A DNA stretch of 64,000 bases from Pseudomonadota bacterium (GTDB lineage Bacteria; Pseudomonadota; Gammaproteobacteria; Burkholderiales; Burkholderiaceae_D), in contig JAZJXM010000005.1 in the NCBI GenBank assembly GCA_040390915.1, positions 23,343 to 87,342 of the forward strand, in the 5' to 3' direction. Shown one piece after another: positions 11,220 to 21,268 of this stretch (position 1 is the stretch's first letter; every line of letters begins with the position of its first letter). A program made the position numbers and the translations under genes. The notes under the pieces were generated by a model. The model ran no database searches. It saw nothing but the letters and a program-made list of their open reading frames with translations, and was not told the origin of the DNA.

Positions 11220-12122
11220 TTAACCGAGCTTGCCTTCAACCGATGGATACTCGTTCCAGTGCAGTTTTTCGCGCAGCGTATCGTAGTAGCTCCAGCCTTC
11301 CGGATGCAGGAAGGTGATGTGGTTGGGCGAGCGCGCGATGACGATCCGGTCGCCGTGGGCCAGGCTGGCGAAGGTCTGCATGTCGAAGTTGACGCTGACG
11401 TCGCGCCCGGCCACGATCTCGAGCACGATCTCGCTCGAATCGGGCACCACGATCGGCCGGTTCGACAGCGCGTGCGGCGCGATCGGCACCAGCACGATGC
11501 CGCCCAGGGTCGGATGCAGCAGCGGTCCGCCGGCCGACAACGCATACGCGGTGGAACCGGTCGGGGTGGCGATGATCAAGCCGTCCGAGCGCTGGTTGTA
11601 CATGAAGTGGCCGTCAACCGTCACCTTCAGTTCGACCATGCCGGCGCCCGCCCCGCGCGCCACCACCACGTCGTTGACGGCCAGCCCGCTGGCGATCATG
11701 GCGCCGGCGCGCATGACGCGACCTTCGAGCAGGGTGCGCTTTTCGGCCTTGGACTTGCCGGACAAGATTTCGCCAAGCGCCGGGATCATGCGCTCGATCG
11801 GGATGTCGGTCATGAAGCCGAGCCGGCCCTGGTTGATGCCGATCAGCGGCACATCGTATGGCGCCAGCTGGCGCGCGATGCCCAGCATGGTGCCGTCGCC
11901 GCCCATCACGATGGCCGCGCTGGCATGCTGGCCAATCGCCGCCGCGTTCATCGCTTCCAGGCCAGGCAGGCCAAGGTGGGCCGCCGTTTCCGCTTCCAGC
12001 ACCACCCGGTAACCCCCGTCCTGCAGGAAGGCGACGATGCGGCCAACCGTCTCGTCGATGCCGGCCGTGTTGTGCCGCACGACGAGCGCGATGGTTGATT
12101 GCTTATCTGGCGTGGCGGGCAT
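11220..12122 (-). CDS. nadK: NAD(+) kinase
   Basis: 300 aa with GGDGTMLG and the NAD kinase layout. Lies 36 nt upstream of recN. Confidence 0.93.
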   Translation of the reverse strand: MPATPDKQSTIALVVRHNTAGIDETVGRIVAFLQDGGYRVVLEAETAAHLGLPGLEAMNAAAIGQHASAAIVMGGDGTMLGIARQLAPYDVPLIGINQGRLGFMTDIPIERMIPALGEILSGKSKAEKRTLLEGRVMRAGAMIASGLAVNDVVVARGAGAGMVELKVTVDGHFMYNQRSDGLIIATPTGSTAYALSAGGPLLHPTLGGIVLVPIAPHALSNRPIVVPDSSEIVLEIVAGRDVSVNFDMQTFASLAHGDRIVIARSPNHITFLHPEGWSYYDTLREKLHWNEYPSVEGKLG

Positions 12123-12208
12123 GGAGATCTCGGCAGTTGGAGGGTAGCGACACGCAGCAGATTAACCCATAATGTCCGCTTCTGCCATACGGTCCGGTCA
12201 GACAGCAA

Positions 12209-12228
12209 TGCTGTATGCATGGACAGTA
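12209..12228. promoter_or_regulatory. Putative LexA (SOS) box
   Basis: tgCTGTatgcatggACAGta matches CTGT-N8-ACAG. It sits in the divergent region about 90 nt upstream of the nadK-recN start and about 35 nt upstream of the VOC gene. Confidence 0.55.
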
Positions 12229-12259
12229 TAGCGTTCACCCACCACCTTACGGGAATTCC

Positions 12260-12637
12260 ATGGCAAAAGTACTCGGCATCGGCGGCATTTTCTTCAAATC
12301 CAAAGACCCACAGGCGCTGATGGCCTGGTACCAGTCGGCGCTGGGCTTTTCCAGCGAGTCGAGCGACTACGCGTCGTTCGCGGCAAGCAGCATGCCGGAC
12401 GGCGGCTGCACCGTGTTCAGCCCGTTCAAGGACAGCAGCGACTATTTTGCGCCGTCGACCCGCGAGTTCATGTTCAACCTGGTGGTCGACGACCTCGATG
12501 GCGCGCTGCGCCAGGTGGTCGCCGCCGGCGGCGCGCTGGTGGGCGAAACCGAGACTTACGACTACGGCAGCTTCGGCCGCTTCATGGACCCGGACGGCAA
12601 CAAAGTCGAACTGTGGCAGGCGGCCAAGGCCGCCTAG
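12260..12637 (+). CDS. VOC (glyoxalase/bleomycin-resistance) family protein
   Basis: MAKVLGIGGIFFKSKDPQALMAWYQSALGF ... FMDPDGNKVELWQ is typical of the VOC fold. Start chosen at the internal ATG. Confidence 0.75.
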   Translation: MAKVLGIGGIFFKSKDPQALMAWYQSALGFSSESSDYASFAASSMPDGGCTVFSPFKDSSDYFAPSTREFMFNLVVDDLDGALRQVVAAGGALVGETETYDYGSFGRFMDPDGNKVELWQAAKAA

Positions 12638-13488
12638 TGCATGATGGCCAGGCCGGCCACGGCCACCAGCGCCAGCGCCATGCTGCACAGGTGCAGGCCC
12701 GACAGCACCAGCCAGCGCGCGCCGGTGCTCCAGAGCGATCCGCCGTACACGCGGCGCATCGCCTTGGGCAGGTAGATCACCAGCCATAGCACCAGCAGAA
12801 AACTGATCAGGCCAATGTCGAGCTTGCTGATCAGGATCATGATGCTGAACATGGCAAACGCGAAGCCGTTGGCGTGCAGCGCGAACAGCAAGTGTTCGCC
12901 GTAGTAGCGCCCGCTGCCCATGTACAGCAGCTTCAGGTACAGGGCAAACAGCGGCATCAGGCAGAACATCGCGTACGGCACATAGGCAAAGAAGCCGTTG
13001 GTGGCCAGCTGGTTGCGTTCGGCCGCGGGCTTGTCGATGAAGGTATTGATGTTCTCGGCGATCGCGCGCAGATAGCGGTCGCCGATCGGGATCCCGCTTG
13101 TCACCACCACGGCGCTGGCCTCGGCTTCCTGATTGCCTTTCTTGACGCCATCGAAATTGGCGACCTGCGGGCCAATCACCTTGAGCAGCGCAAAAAACAG
13201 GATGCTCAGCGTCAGGTACACCCGCAGCGGCTGCACGTAGCGCGCGCGGCGCCCGGCAATGTATTCGGCCGTCAGCATGCCCGGCTTAAACAGCAGCAAG
13301 GCCAGCGTCTTCCACAGGCGCCCTTCGACCGCCACATAGTGGCCGACAAACTCGTGAACGAATTCCCCGGCGCTGGGCACGTGTAGCGCCGTCCCCTGGC
13401 CGCACAAGGCGCAGTAGTGGTAGTCGACTGCGGCGCCGCAGTTATGGCAATGGCTGACTTGTTCGTGCTTGACCGGTTGGGATGTCAC
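12634..13488 (-). CDS. Membrane protein with N-terminal zinc ribbon (DUF3667-like)
   Basis: HCHNCGAAVDYHYCALCGQ double CxxC, followed by several hydrophobic helices. Confidence 0.7.
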   Translation of the reverse strand: MTSQPVKHEQVSHCHNCGAAVDYHYCALCGQGTALHVPSAGEFVHEFVGHYVAVEGRLWKTLALLLFKPGMLTAEYIAGRRARYVQPLRVYLTLSILFFALLKVIGPQVANFDGVKKGNQEAEASAVVVTSGIPIGDRYLRAIAENINTFIDKPAAERNQLATNGFFAYVPYAMFCLMPLFALYLKLLYMGSGRYYGEHLLFALHANGFAFAMFSIMILISKLDIGLISFLLVLWLVIYLPKAMRRVYGGSLWSTGARWLVLSGLHLCSMALALVAVAGLAIMH

Positions 13489-13584
13489 TGTGCGTTCTCG
13501 TCTGTTTCACAATCCTGCGATGGTAAGCGCCAATTGCGCGACTGGCAAGCCGTGAAAGGACTACCATGCGCGCAGGAGGCCATC

Positions 13585-13827
13585 ATGACGACAGCGAACC
13601 CGGATCTGAAAAAGCGCGCCGACGCCAGGCGTTTGCCGCACGAACGCGACGAATCTCCCGACAGTCAAGGCCAGGCGCCGCGCGGCGTCATGCGCCAGGC
13701 GGCCGATGACCTGGCCCGGGGACTGGTCGACACCGACCTGCACGGCAAGCGCGGCGTCGAAACCGTCATCGACACCGGGCGCGCGCCCGGCCAGGCCCGT
13801 CCGCGCCCGGACGCCGGCAAGAAATAG
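13585..13827 (+). CDS. Hypothetical 80-aa basic hydrophilic protein
   Basis: AGGAGG RBS 5 nt before the ATG ([26 protein letters not shown]...). Low complexity; no family recognised. Confidence 0.45.
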   Translation: MTTANPDLKKRADARRLPHERDESPDSQGQAPRGVMRQAADDLARGLVDTDLHGKRGVETVIDTGRAPGQARPRPDAGKK

Positions 13828-13867
13828 CGCCCCAACCCATGTCCAACGACAAGCAAAGGAACCCAAC

Positions 13868-14296
13868 ATGATCAAACGTTCAGGCAGTGCCGTCTGGAGC
13901 GGCGGCCTCAAAGATGGCAAGGGCAGCATTTCGACCCAGAGCGGTGTGCTCGACAACACCCAGTACGGCTTCAATACGCGCTTTGAAAACGGACCCGGCA
14001 CCAATCCGGAAGAACTGATCGGCGCCGCGCATGCGGGCTGCTTCACGATGGCGCTGTCGGCCAAGCTGGGCGAAGCGGGCATGACCGCCACCAAGCTGAT
14101 GACTACCGCCACCGTCTCGCTCGACAAGGTGGCCGACGGCTTTGCGATTTCGGCGGTGCACCTGACGCTGGTGGCCACCATCCCCGGCGCCAACCAGGAA
14201 GCGTTCGAAGCGGCGGCGCTGGAAGCCAAGCAAGGCTGCCCGGTGTCCAAACTGCTCAATGCCACCATCACGCTTGACGCGCGCCTGGAGTCCTGA
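13868..14296 (+). CDS. OsmC family peroxiredoxin
   Basis: [26 protein letters not shown]...[10 protein letters not shown]...GCPVSKLL is the OsmC pattern with both conserved Cys. Confidence 0.88.
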   Translation: MIKRSGSAVWSGGLKDGKGSISTQSGVLDNTQYGFNTRFENGPGTNPEELIGAAHAGCFTMALSAKLGEAGMTATKLMTTATVSLDKVADGFAISAVHLTLVATIPGANQEAFEAAALEAKQGCPVSKLLNATITLDARLES

Positions 14297-14352
14297 AGCA
14301 GAAAAGCGGCGCAGCGCTTAAAATCGCCTCCTTACCCTTTTAAGGAATAACG

Positions 14353-14766
14353 ATGCGCATCCTGCACACCATGCTCAGGGTTGGCGACCTGCAGCGCTCG
14401 ATCGACTTCTACACCCGCGTGCTGGGCATGACGCTGCTGCGCACCAGCGAGAACCCCGAGTACAAGTACACGCTCGCGTTTGTCGGCTACGGCACCAATC
14501 CCGAGCACGCGGAGCTGGAGCTGACCTACAACTGGGGCGTGCATGAGTATGACCTGGGCAGCGCGTACGGGCATATCGCCATCTCGGCCGACGACATCGT
14601 GGCCGCCTGCGACTTGGCCCGCGCCAATGGCGGCAACGTCACGCGCGCGCCGGGCCCGGTCAAGGGCGGCAGCACGGTGATCGCGTTCCTGACCGATCCG
14701 GACGGCTACAAGATTGAGCTGATCGAACGCAAGGATGGCGTGCGCGGCGGCGGTTTGCAGGCCTGA
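14353..14766 (+). CDS. gloA: Lactoylglutathione lyase (glyoxalase I)
   Basis: [30 protein letters not shown]...GYKIELIE is a near-canonical GloA sequence. Confidence 0.93.
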   Translation: MRILHTMLRVGDLQRSIDFYTRVLGMTLLRTSENPEYKYTLAFVGYGTNPEHAELELTYNWGVHEYDLGSAYGHIAISADDIVAACDLARANGGNVTRAPGPVKGGSTVIAFLTDPDGYKIELIERKDGVRGGGLQA

Positions 14767-14831
14767 GGCCGGCGCCGCGCTTGGTGGAAGGCGGGCTGCG
14801 CCCTTTTCCACCATGCGCCTCACCAGAACGC

Positions 14832-15170
14832 TTATTGCGTCGGGTGAAGGTCGGTTTGCTGCAACGCCGCCAGCGCTTGGCCGACCTGGTCGACATCATG
14901 CTGATGCCGCTCGCTTTGGGCCAGCAGCGCGGTGACGCGCAGCGCGATGCGGCTGGCCTGCACGCCCAGCGCGTCGAAACCGAAACTGGCGGCCGCGTCG
15001 GCCAGCGAATGGAGCTGGCGATGCAGCTCGGCCCAGTTGGCGTCGTCGCCGTGATCGCGCGCGCACAACGCAAAGGTCTCGTTCAATTTTTCAAAGCGCA
15101 CGTGCAGGCGCCCTGTAAATACTTTCGCCAGCACTTCTATCCTGGCCTTGATTGCTTCATCGTCGTTCAT
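14832..15170 (-). CDS. Stand-alone Hpt (histidine phosphotransfer)-like protein
   Basis: 112 aa, all-helical, with LHSLADAAASFGF resembling the Hpt HxLKGxxxxxG motif. Its start overlaps (ATGA) the stop of the upstream ORF. Confidence 0.6.
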   Translation of the reverse strand: MNDDEAIKARIEVLAKVFTGRLHVRFEKLNETFALCARDHGDDANWAELHRQLHSLADAAASFGFDALGVQASRIALRVTALLAQSERHQHDVDQVGQALAALQQTDLHPTQ

Positions 15171-15577
15171 GTATTCCTTGGTGGGCCCGCCAGCGGCAGG
15201 TCCGCATAAAATTGATCGGGGTGACTAAAACCGGTCGTGCCCCGGTGTTGTTCGATGATCGCCGCGACCATGCGCAGCGTCTGGCCATCATCGGCAACGC
15301 CGCTCACCGCGATGCGCGCGGTGGCCGCGTTGCGTTGCACACTGACGTCGACCACGGCGCCGGCCGGCGCGCAGCGCGCCGCATGCGACAGCAGCACCAC
15401 CAGCGCCTGCGTCAGGCCGGCGGCGTCGGCAGCGACCTGCACATCGCCAAGGGCCGGGCGCACATCGAAGCCTACCCGCGACTGTGCCGCGCACATCGCG
15501 ACGGCGTGTTCCACCAGCGGCAGCAAGGGCTGGATCGACATCGCAGGCTGCGCGGCTGGATCTGAAAAGTCTGGCAA
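15167..15577 (-). CDS. Degenerate histidine-kinase ATPase-like (HATPase_c-like) protein
   Basis: 136 aa. LTQALVVLLSHAARCAPAGAVVDVSV...ARIAVSGVADDG resembles the N-box-to-G1 region of HATPase_c, but the N-box Asn is His and the G1/G2 boxes are degenerate. Confidence 0.5.
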   Translation of the reverse strand: MPDFSDPAAQPAMSIQPLLPLVEHAVAMCAAQSRVGFDVRPALGDVQVAADAAGLTQALVVLLSHAARCAPAGAVVDVSVQRNAATARIAVSGVADDGQTLRMVAAIIEQHRGTTGFSHPDQFYADLPLAGPPRNT

Positions 15578-15639
15578 AGTGCGACTCCGTTGGCGTATTT
15601 ACGTGCGCAAGCACATCATGAACACGCAACTATAGCGCG

Positions 15640-15702
15640 AAAAAAGCCCCGTCGGCCTGAACGCGCTCAAGATCGCGCTCAGTGCAGACGGGGCCTTTTT
15701 TT
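15640..15702 (-). terminator. Long hairpin flanked by A- and T-runs downstream of tolC
   Basis: AAAAAA-GCCCCGTC...GACGGGGC-C-TTTTTTT with an inner stem CTGAACGCG/CGCGCTCAG. It begins 12 nt after the tolC stop. Confidence 0.55.
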
Positions 15703-15713
15703 GCGGGACAGGC

Positions 15714-17063
15714 TTATTTGACCAGCAAATCGTTCACCGGAATCAGGTCCGCTTCGCGCAGCGAACCGGATGCCGCCTTCAGGCGCAGGCCGTTGAGGAT
15801 GGTGTCATAACGCGCGCGCGACAGGTTGGTACGGGTCTGGTACAACTGGCGCTGTGCATTGAGCACGTCGATGTTGATCCGCACGCCGACCTGGTAACCG
15901 AGTTTGTTCGACTCGAGCGCCGAGGTGCTCGACACTTCGGCGGCCTGCAGTGCGCGCACTTGCGCCAGGCCGCTGTTCACGCCCAGGAACGCCAGGCGCG
16001 CATTTTGCGCAGCGTTGCGGCGCGTCGCTTCAAGGTCGTTGCGGGCCTTGTCTTCGAGCGCAATCGATTCGCGCACGCGGCTGGTCACGGCAAAACCATT
16101 AAAGATCGGCACGCTGTACTGCACGCCGATGCCCTTGTTGGTGCTGGTGCCCGAAAAGCCCGCGATCTGACCGCTGTTGGTGGTGCGGCGCGCGCTGGCA
16201 ACCATGTCCAGCGTCGGATAATGGCCGGCGCGGCTTTTCTGGATGTCGCGCTTGGACGATTCGTAGGCCAGTTCGGCGCTGACGACGCCATAGTTTTGCG
16301 TTTCCGCCGACGATACCCAAGGCTCGATCGCGGCTGGCGATGGCGCGGCCAGCACCACGCCCGGCTTGAGTGGCGCCAGCGCAGTCGGCGTGGCGCCGAT
16401 GATGTTTTGCAACGCGGTGCGCTTGCTTTCCAGATCGTTGATGGCGGCAAATTCCTGCGCCACGACCAGGTCATACGCCGCTTGCGCTTCATGCGTGTCG
16501 GTGATGGTCTGGGTGCCCACTTCGAAGTTGCGCTTGGCCGAGGCCAGCTGTTCGGTGGTCGCGGTCTTTTGCGCGCGGTTCAGTTCCAGCGCGTCCTCGG
16601 CCGCCAGCACGTCGAAGTAGGCTTGCGACACGCGGGTGATCAGGTCTTGCTGCGCTTGCGCGAATTGGGCTTCGCTGATCGACTGCAGCAGTTTGCTTTG
16701 CTGGTAAGTCTGCCAGTTCGCCCAGCGAAACAGCGGCTGCACCAGCGTCAGCGTATTCATCGTGGTGCGCGTATTCGAGCCGCCCGCCTGCACCGTGCCG
16801 CCGCCGGCGATCGGTGCGCCTTCGTTCCACGGCGAGGAATCGACATCGTTGCGCACCACGCTGCCATCGAAGCCGATGGTCGGCAGCAGCGCCGCGCGGC
16901 CTTGCGGAACCCTTTCCTTGCCGACCGCGAGCGAGGCGCGCGCGCTGGCGAAGGTGGCGTCATTGGCCAACGCCTGCTGGTAGACCTGGATCAGGTCAGC
17001 CGCCTGTGCATTAATCGAAAGAAATGCGCTGGCGATCAGCACGGCGATAAGGGGTTTCTGCAT
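15714..17063 (-). CDS. tolC: TolC-family outer membrane channel
   Basis: 449 aa. Signal peptide, DLIQVYQQALANDATFASARA start, and duplicated TolC repeat architecture. Confidence 0.9.
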   Translation of the reverse strand: MQKPLIAVLIASAFLSINAQAADLIQVYQQALANDATFASARASLAVGKERVPQGRAALLPTIGFDGSVVRNDVDSSPWNEGAPIAGGGTVQAGGSNTRTTMNTLTLVQPLFRWANWQTYQQSKLLQSISEAQFAQAQQDLITRVSQAYFDVLAAEDALELNRAQKTATTEQLASAKRNFEVGTQTITDTHEAQAAYDLVVAQEFAAINDLESKRTALQNIIGATPTALAPLKPGVVLAAPSPAAIEPWVSSAETQNYGVVSAELAYESSKRDIQKSRAGHYPTLDMVASARRTTNSGQIAGFSGTSTNKGIGVQYSVPIFNGFAVTSRVRESIALEDKARNDLEATRRNAAQNARLAFLGVNSGLAQVRALQAAEVSSTSALESNKLGYQVGVRINIDVLNAQRQLYQTRTNLSRARYDTILNGLRLKAASGSLREADLIPVNDLLVK

Positions 17064-17105
17064 TGCATACTCCTTTGGAGTGATCGAAAAGGTTTAAGTA
17101 AAGCG

Positions 17106-17429
17106 TCAATACTTGGCCATCGCGCTGTCTACCTGCAGCGCCCAGGCGTGGATACCGCCCGTCAAATTCAAGGTCTTGCCAAATCCATTGCGTTCCAAAA
17201 AGGCCGCCACTTGCATGCTGCGCGCGCCGTGGTGGCAGATGCAGACGATCTCGGCTTCGTCATCGAGTTCTTCGATGCGCGCCGGGATCGTGTTCATCGC
17301 GATCTGGACCGAGCCGGCAATCTTGCATGTCTCAACTTCCCAGTTCTCGCGCACGTCGAGCAGCATCGGCTGCGGGCGCGACGGGTCGGCCAGCCAGGCC
17401 GCCAATTCCAAAGCGGTGATCTGTATCAT
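17106..17429 (-). CDS. Rhodanese-like sulfurtransferase domain protein
   Basis: 107 aa with the active-site loop CHHGARS. Confidence 0.85.
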   Translation of the reverse strand: MIQITALELAAWLADPSRPQPMLLDVRENWEVETCKIAGSVQIAMNTIPARIEELDDEAEIVCICHHGARSMQVAAFLERNGFGKTLNLTGGIHAWALQVDSAMAKY

Positions 17430-17432
17430 CGT

Positions 17433-18119
17433 TTAAAACGTAAAGCGCGATACGGTGGCCGCGTCGACCAGCGGCGTGACGTCGGTCTCGAACACCTTGA
17501 CCGTGTCATACGCCGTTTCCGACACGCGCGTGATGACCTGGGCCGTCATGGCCGGCGCCTGGCCGATGATGGCGGCGATCCGTCCGCCCACTTTCACCTG
17601 CTTGAGGAACGCTTCCGGCAGTACTTCGAGCGCGCCCGAGATGACGATCACGTCGAACGGCGCACCCTTGGACCAGCCTTGCGCGCCATTGCCCAGTTCG
17701 ACCGTGACGTTGCTGATGCCGGCACGGGCCAGGTTCGCTTCGGCCATCGTTTTCAGTTGCGGGTTGATTTCCACGCTCGTCACGTGGCGCGCCTTGTGCG
17801 CCAGCAGCGCTGCCATGTAGCCCGAACCGGCGCCGATCTCCAGCACATTCTCGTGCTTCTTTACCTGTACTTCTTGCAAAATGCGCGCTTCGATTTTTGG
17901 CGTGAACATCGATTGGCCCGCTGCCAGCGGGATTTCGGCGTCGACAAAGGCCAGCGCCTTGTGCGCGGCCGGAACGAAGTCCTCGCGCTTGACGACCAGC
18001 AGCAGGTCCAGCACGTCCTGGTCCAGCACGTTCCAAGGGCGGATCTGCTGTTCAATCATGTTAAAGCGGGCTTGTTCGATATTCATTTTTTTAAACTCGG
18101 TAGGAAAATAATTCGACAT
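17433..18119 (-). CDS. Protein-L-isoaspartate O-methyltransferase-like SAM methyltransferase
   Basis: VLEIGAGSGYMAALLA SAM motif I and a PCMT-like layout. The tolC-rhodanese-PCMT order is a recurrent cluster (from memory). Confidence 0.8.
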   Translation of the reverse strand: MSNYFPTEFKKMNIEQARFNMIEQQIRPWNVLDQDVLDLLLVVKREDFVPAAHKALAFVDAEIPLAAGQSMFTPKIEARILQEVQVKKHENVLEIGAGSGYMAALLAHKARHVTSVEINPQLKTMAEANLARAGISNVTVELGNGAQGWSKGAPFDVIVISGALEVLPEAFLKQVKVGGRIAAIIGQAPAMTAQVITRVSETAYDTVKVFETDVTPLVDAATVSRFTF

Positions 18120-18245
18120 TTTATCGCCGAAACTCCTCAGTACCCATATCTTAACGACATGGCCCCTGAGATCGCGTGAAATTGCGACAGTCTGCAGTTT
18201 GGAGGGAATGAACCCCCGATATTGCCGACTGACGATTTTGACCAG

Positions 18246-18902
18246 CTAGGCCGGGGTCGCCGGCGCAGCCGCGGGAAGCAGGCCGTGCAGCGCCATATCC
18301 AGATACGCTTCGAGGAAAGCCATCGGGTCGAGCTGGCCTGGATTGCAGGCGCCGACCGAGTGCTTCCAGGTGACCAGCATCAGCATCGGAGCGATCAGCA
18401 CCTGGGTCATCAGGTGCACGTCGATGGGCCGGAATTCCTTGCGCGCCATGGCGCGCTCGAACATGCTGACGATCATGCTGGTGCTGCGGTTGATCACTTC
18501 TTCTTGATAGAACTGGGCCAGGTCGGGAAAATTGGCCGACTCGGCCATGACGAGCTTGATGATGCCGGACGCCTTGGTCGCGCCCAGCCGTTCCCACCAG
18601 CCCATCAGAACGCAGCGCAGCAGTTCAGCCGAATGGCCATCGAAGTTCGAGATGACATCCTCGGCTTCGCCCAGCGCCGGCACGATGTTTTCGCGCACCA
18701 CCGCCTTGAACAGTTCTTCCTTGTTGGTAAAGTACAGGTACAGCGTGCCTTTCGACACCCCGGCGCGGCGCGCCACGTCTTCCAGTCGGGTCGACGCGTA
18801 GCCATGCTCGACGAACAGGTCGAGCGCGGCGGCCAGCAATTCCTGGGGCCGCGCATCCTTGCGGCGCTCCCAGCGCGGTTTCATCTCAAAGGGGCATTGC
18901 AT
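18246..18902 (-). CDS. TetR/AcrR family transcriptional regulator
   Basis: N-terminal HTH ...GYASTRLEDVARRAGVSKGTLYLYFTNKEELF. Confidence 0.88.
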   Translation of the reverse strand: MQCPFEMKPRWERRKDARPQELLAAALDLFVEHGYASTRLEDVARRAGVSKGTLYLYFTNKEELFKAVVRENIVPALGEAEDVISNFDGHSAELLRCVLMGWWERLGATKASGIIKLVMAESANFPDLAQFYQEEVINRSTSMIVSMFERAMARKEFRPIDVHLMTQVLIAPMLMLVTWKHSVGACNPGQLDPMAFLEAYLDMALHGLLPAAAPATPA

Positions 18903-19015
18903 GCTTCTATCCGGTAACTTACTTGCGAGTCATTAATATAGTCCTGCGCTCCGATTGCGTCAAGGCGGTGCCCCAATGCTATTCTCGCCATATTTCCACT
19001 TGAAACAAATTCTCC

Positions 19016-20059
19016 ATGCTCAAACAGCTGCTTTGCGCCGTTCTGTTCGTCGGTTCTACCGTCTGCGCCGCGGCCCCTCTCGAGATCGGCTTCGACTACG
19101 AATTTGCCCGCCTGCTGAGCCAAGCCGCGCGCGACGGCGTGCTCGACGACAAGACGGCCGCCCAGGTGCGCGCGCTGCCGGCCAGCGCCGCCATGGTGCG
19201 CAAGATGCGCCTGAAGGACACTGACGCCCTCATCGATTACCTGCGCCTGATGGTCGCCAAGCCGAAGATGGCCGAAGCGGCCCGCGTGGTGGCCGGCGAA
19301 CTGGCGGCCGGCAAGCCGGGCAAGTACGCGCCGCTGGGCGCCGAAGTGGTGCGCCAGCTGGGCGACTATGTGCCGCGCCAGTTCGGCGCCAAGCTGACCG
19401 TCTACTTCATCTTCGGCGGCAACGCCGGCGGCTTTGCCTTCGACGACCAGATCGACAACGTCTATGTCAACCTGGCCATGCTGTCGCAGGGCAGCACGCA
19501 GGAAGTGGCCGAACTGGTGGCCCATGAGCTGTTCCATGCGGTCCAGGGGCATACCATGACGACGCCGCCGCGCCCGGCGCCCGGTTCCCCGGTCGCTGGC
19601 AACGGGCAAGTCTGGCTCAATCGCTTGCTGTACGACCTGGTGCAGGAAGGCACGGCCGAACTGTTCACGCACCCGCTCGCCGATCGGGCCGAGACTCCCT
19701 ATTCGGCCCGATCGAAAGCGCGGATCGAACGCAACGCGCGCCGCATCGGCGGCATCGGCACCATGTTCGAGTCGCTCGGCATGCGCTTGCTGCTGGTGCC
19801 GCCGCGCGACGAGGACCACTACGAGCAGATCTACGGCCTGATGTTCTATGGCGACTTCGACGATCTTGGCTATGACCTGGGCTGGCTGATGGCCAGCACC
19901 ATCATCAACAAGGACGGCAAGCAGGCCATCTACGGCTTGCTGCGCCAGCCGCCGAAGCAGTTTGTACTGCGCTACCAGGAACTGGCGCAGGGCGACGCCA
20001 AGCTGCCCAAATTCAGCGACGAGTTCATGCGCGCGGTCAGCGCCCTGCCCCCGAACTGA
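19016..20059 (+). CDS. Putative secreted zinc metallopeptidase (HExxH)
   Basis: Signal peptide MLKQLLCAVLFVGSTVCAAA and a single VAHELFHAVQG motif. Family otherwise not recognised. Confidence 0.55.
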   Translation: MLKQLLCAVLFVGSTVCAAAPLEIGFDYEFARLLSQAARDGVLDDKTAAQVRALPASAAMVRKMRLKDTDALIDYLRLMVAKPKMAEAARVVAGELAAGKPGKYAPLGAEVVRQLGDYVPRQFGAKLTVYFIFGGNAGGFAFDDQIDNVYVNLAMLSQGSTQEVAELVAHELFHAVQGHTMTTPPRPAPGSPVAGNGQVWLNRLLYDLVQEGTAELFTHPLADRAETPYSARSKARIERNARRIGGIGTMFESLGMRLLLVPPRDEDHYEQIYGLMFYGDFDDLGYDLGWLMASTIINKDGKQAIYGLLRQPPKQFVLRYQELAQGDAKLPKFSDEFMRAVSALPPN

Positions 20060-20117
20060 GGTCATCACGCGGTCACACTGGCCCCCTAGACTCGCACTTT
20101 TTAGCTGGGAGTCTTTG

Positions 20118-21206
20118 GTGTCCATACGCGCATTTATCCTGTTGTCGATTGCCGCGCTGGTCGCGGTCCTGCCTTGCGCCACCGCGGCCCCCATCATTGT
20201 CGGCCAGGCGATCGACCTGTCAGGCGCCAACGGCAGCATCGGGCGCGATTACGTGGCTGGCATCACCACCTATTTCGACAGCATCAACGTCAAGGGTGGC
20301 ATCAACGGGCGCAAGATTCAATACATGGTCAGCGACGACCGCGGCGTGGCGGCCGACTCGGCCCGGCTGGTCAGCTCCCTGGTCAAGGAACAGCATGCCG
20401 ACTACCTGCTGGGCGGGATCGGCAGCGACGCCACCGCCGCCACGCTGGCCGCACCGGCGTTCGCCGAATCGCGCCACGTGCTGTTCGCGCCGCTGGCCGA
20501 CTCCAATGCCGCATCCAGTTCGCGCGTGCTGTACTGGCGTCCCAGCATCGAAAGCGAGTTCCTGTTCCTGCTGGTCTACTTTGAAAAGCTCGGTTTCAAG
20601 CAGGTCAGCATCGCACTGCAGGACACGCCGCAAAACAACAAGGCATTCCAGTTTGTCAGCGCCGAACTGCGCAAGCGCCACATGACGCTGGCCGGCGTGG
20701 CCAAAATTTCCGGCAGCGGCGCGGCAGTTCAGGCCGAGGCCCAGCGCCTGGGCGCGGCCAGTCCCAAGGTAGTCATCACGATCGCCGACACTTACGCGTC
20801 GGCCCAGTTCCTGCGTGCTTTCCGGCGCTATGACCAGGCCTCGTTCGTGGCCGGCACCTCGCTCACCAATCTGACCATGCTGAGCGAAATTGCCGGTGCG
20901 CCCGCCACTGCCTTCACGGTGTTTTCGCAAGTGGTGCCCAACCCGGGCAGCGCGGTATCGGCCCTGCAGTCGGAACACATCGAAATGATGAAGCGCTTTC
21001 GCGACGAGCCGGTGTCGTCGGTCACGCTGGAAGGCTTTGCGGTGGCCAAGACGCTGGTGCGAATGATGCGCCAGCAAGGCGCCAAGGGCGCGCCAGCGAC
21101 CATGGACCTGGGCGGCATGATCGTCGGCACGCCTGCCGGTGGCTACAATATGTCGCGCTTTGTCGACATCGCCCTGTTCACCAAGGGCGGCGGCTTGATG
21201 TTTTAG
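20118..21206 (+). CDS. ABC transporter substrate-binding protein (type 1 PBP, LivK-like)
   Basis: GTG start with GGGAG RBS. Signal peptide, then IVGQAIDLSGANGSIGRDYVAGITTYFDSINVKGGINGRKI, typical of Leu/Ile/Val-type binding proteins. Confidence 0.8.
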   Translation: MSIRAFILLSIAALVAVLPCATAAPIIVGQAIDLSGANGSIGRDYVAGITTYFDSINVKGGINGRKIQYMVSDDRGVAADSARLVSSLVKEQHADYLLGGIGSDATAATLAAPAFAESRHVLFAPLADSNAASSSRVLYWRPSIESEFLFLLVYFEKLGFKQVSIALQDTPQNNKAFQFVSAELRKRHMTLAGVAKISGSGAAVQAEAQRLGAASPKVVITIADTYASAQFLRAFRRYDQASFVAGTSLTNLTMLSEIAGAPATAFTVFSQVVPNPGSAVSALQSEHIEMMKRFRDEPVSSVTLEGFAVAKTLVRMMRQQGAKGAPATMDLGGMIVGTPAGGYNMSRFVDIALFTKGGGLMF

Positions 21207-21268
21207 TGCTGGCGCAGGCGCGCGCTGAAAAATCGTGTAGACTAGACTCATTGCCCTATGGAAATTAA

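Noticed and set aside
15960-18179. 739-aa plus-strand ORF spanning tolC, the rhodanese gene and the methyltransferase gene
   Set aside because: It crosses three well-supported minus-strand genes and their intergenic gaps. It is a shadow ORF of GC-rich DNA.
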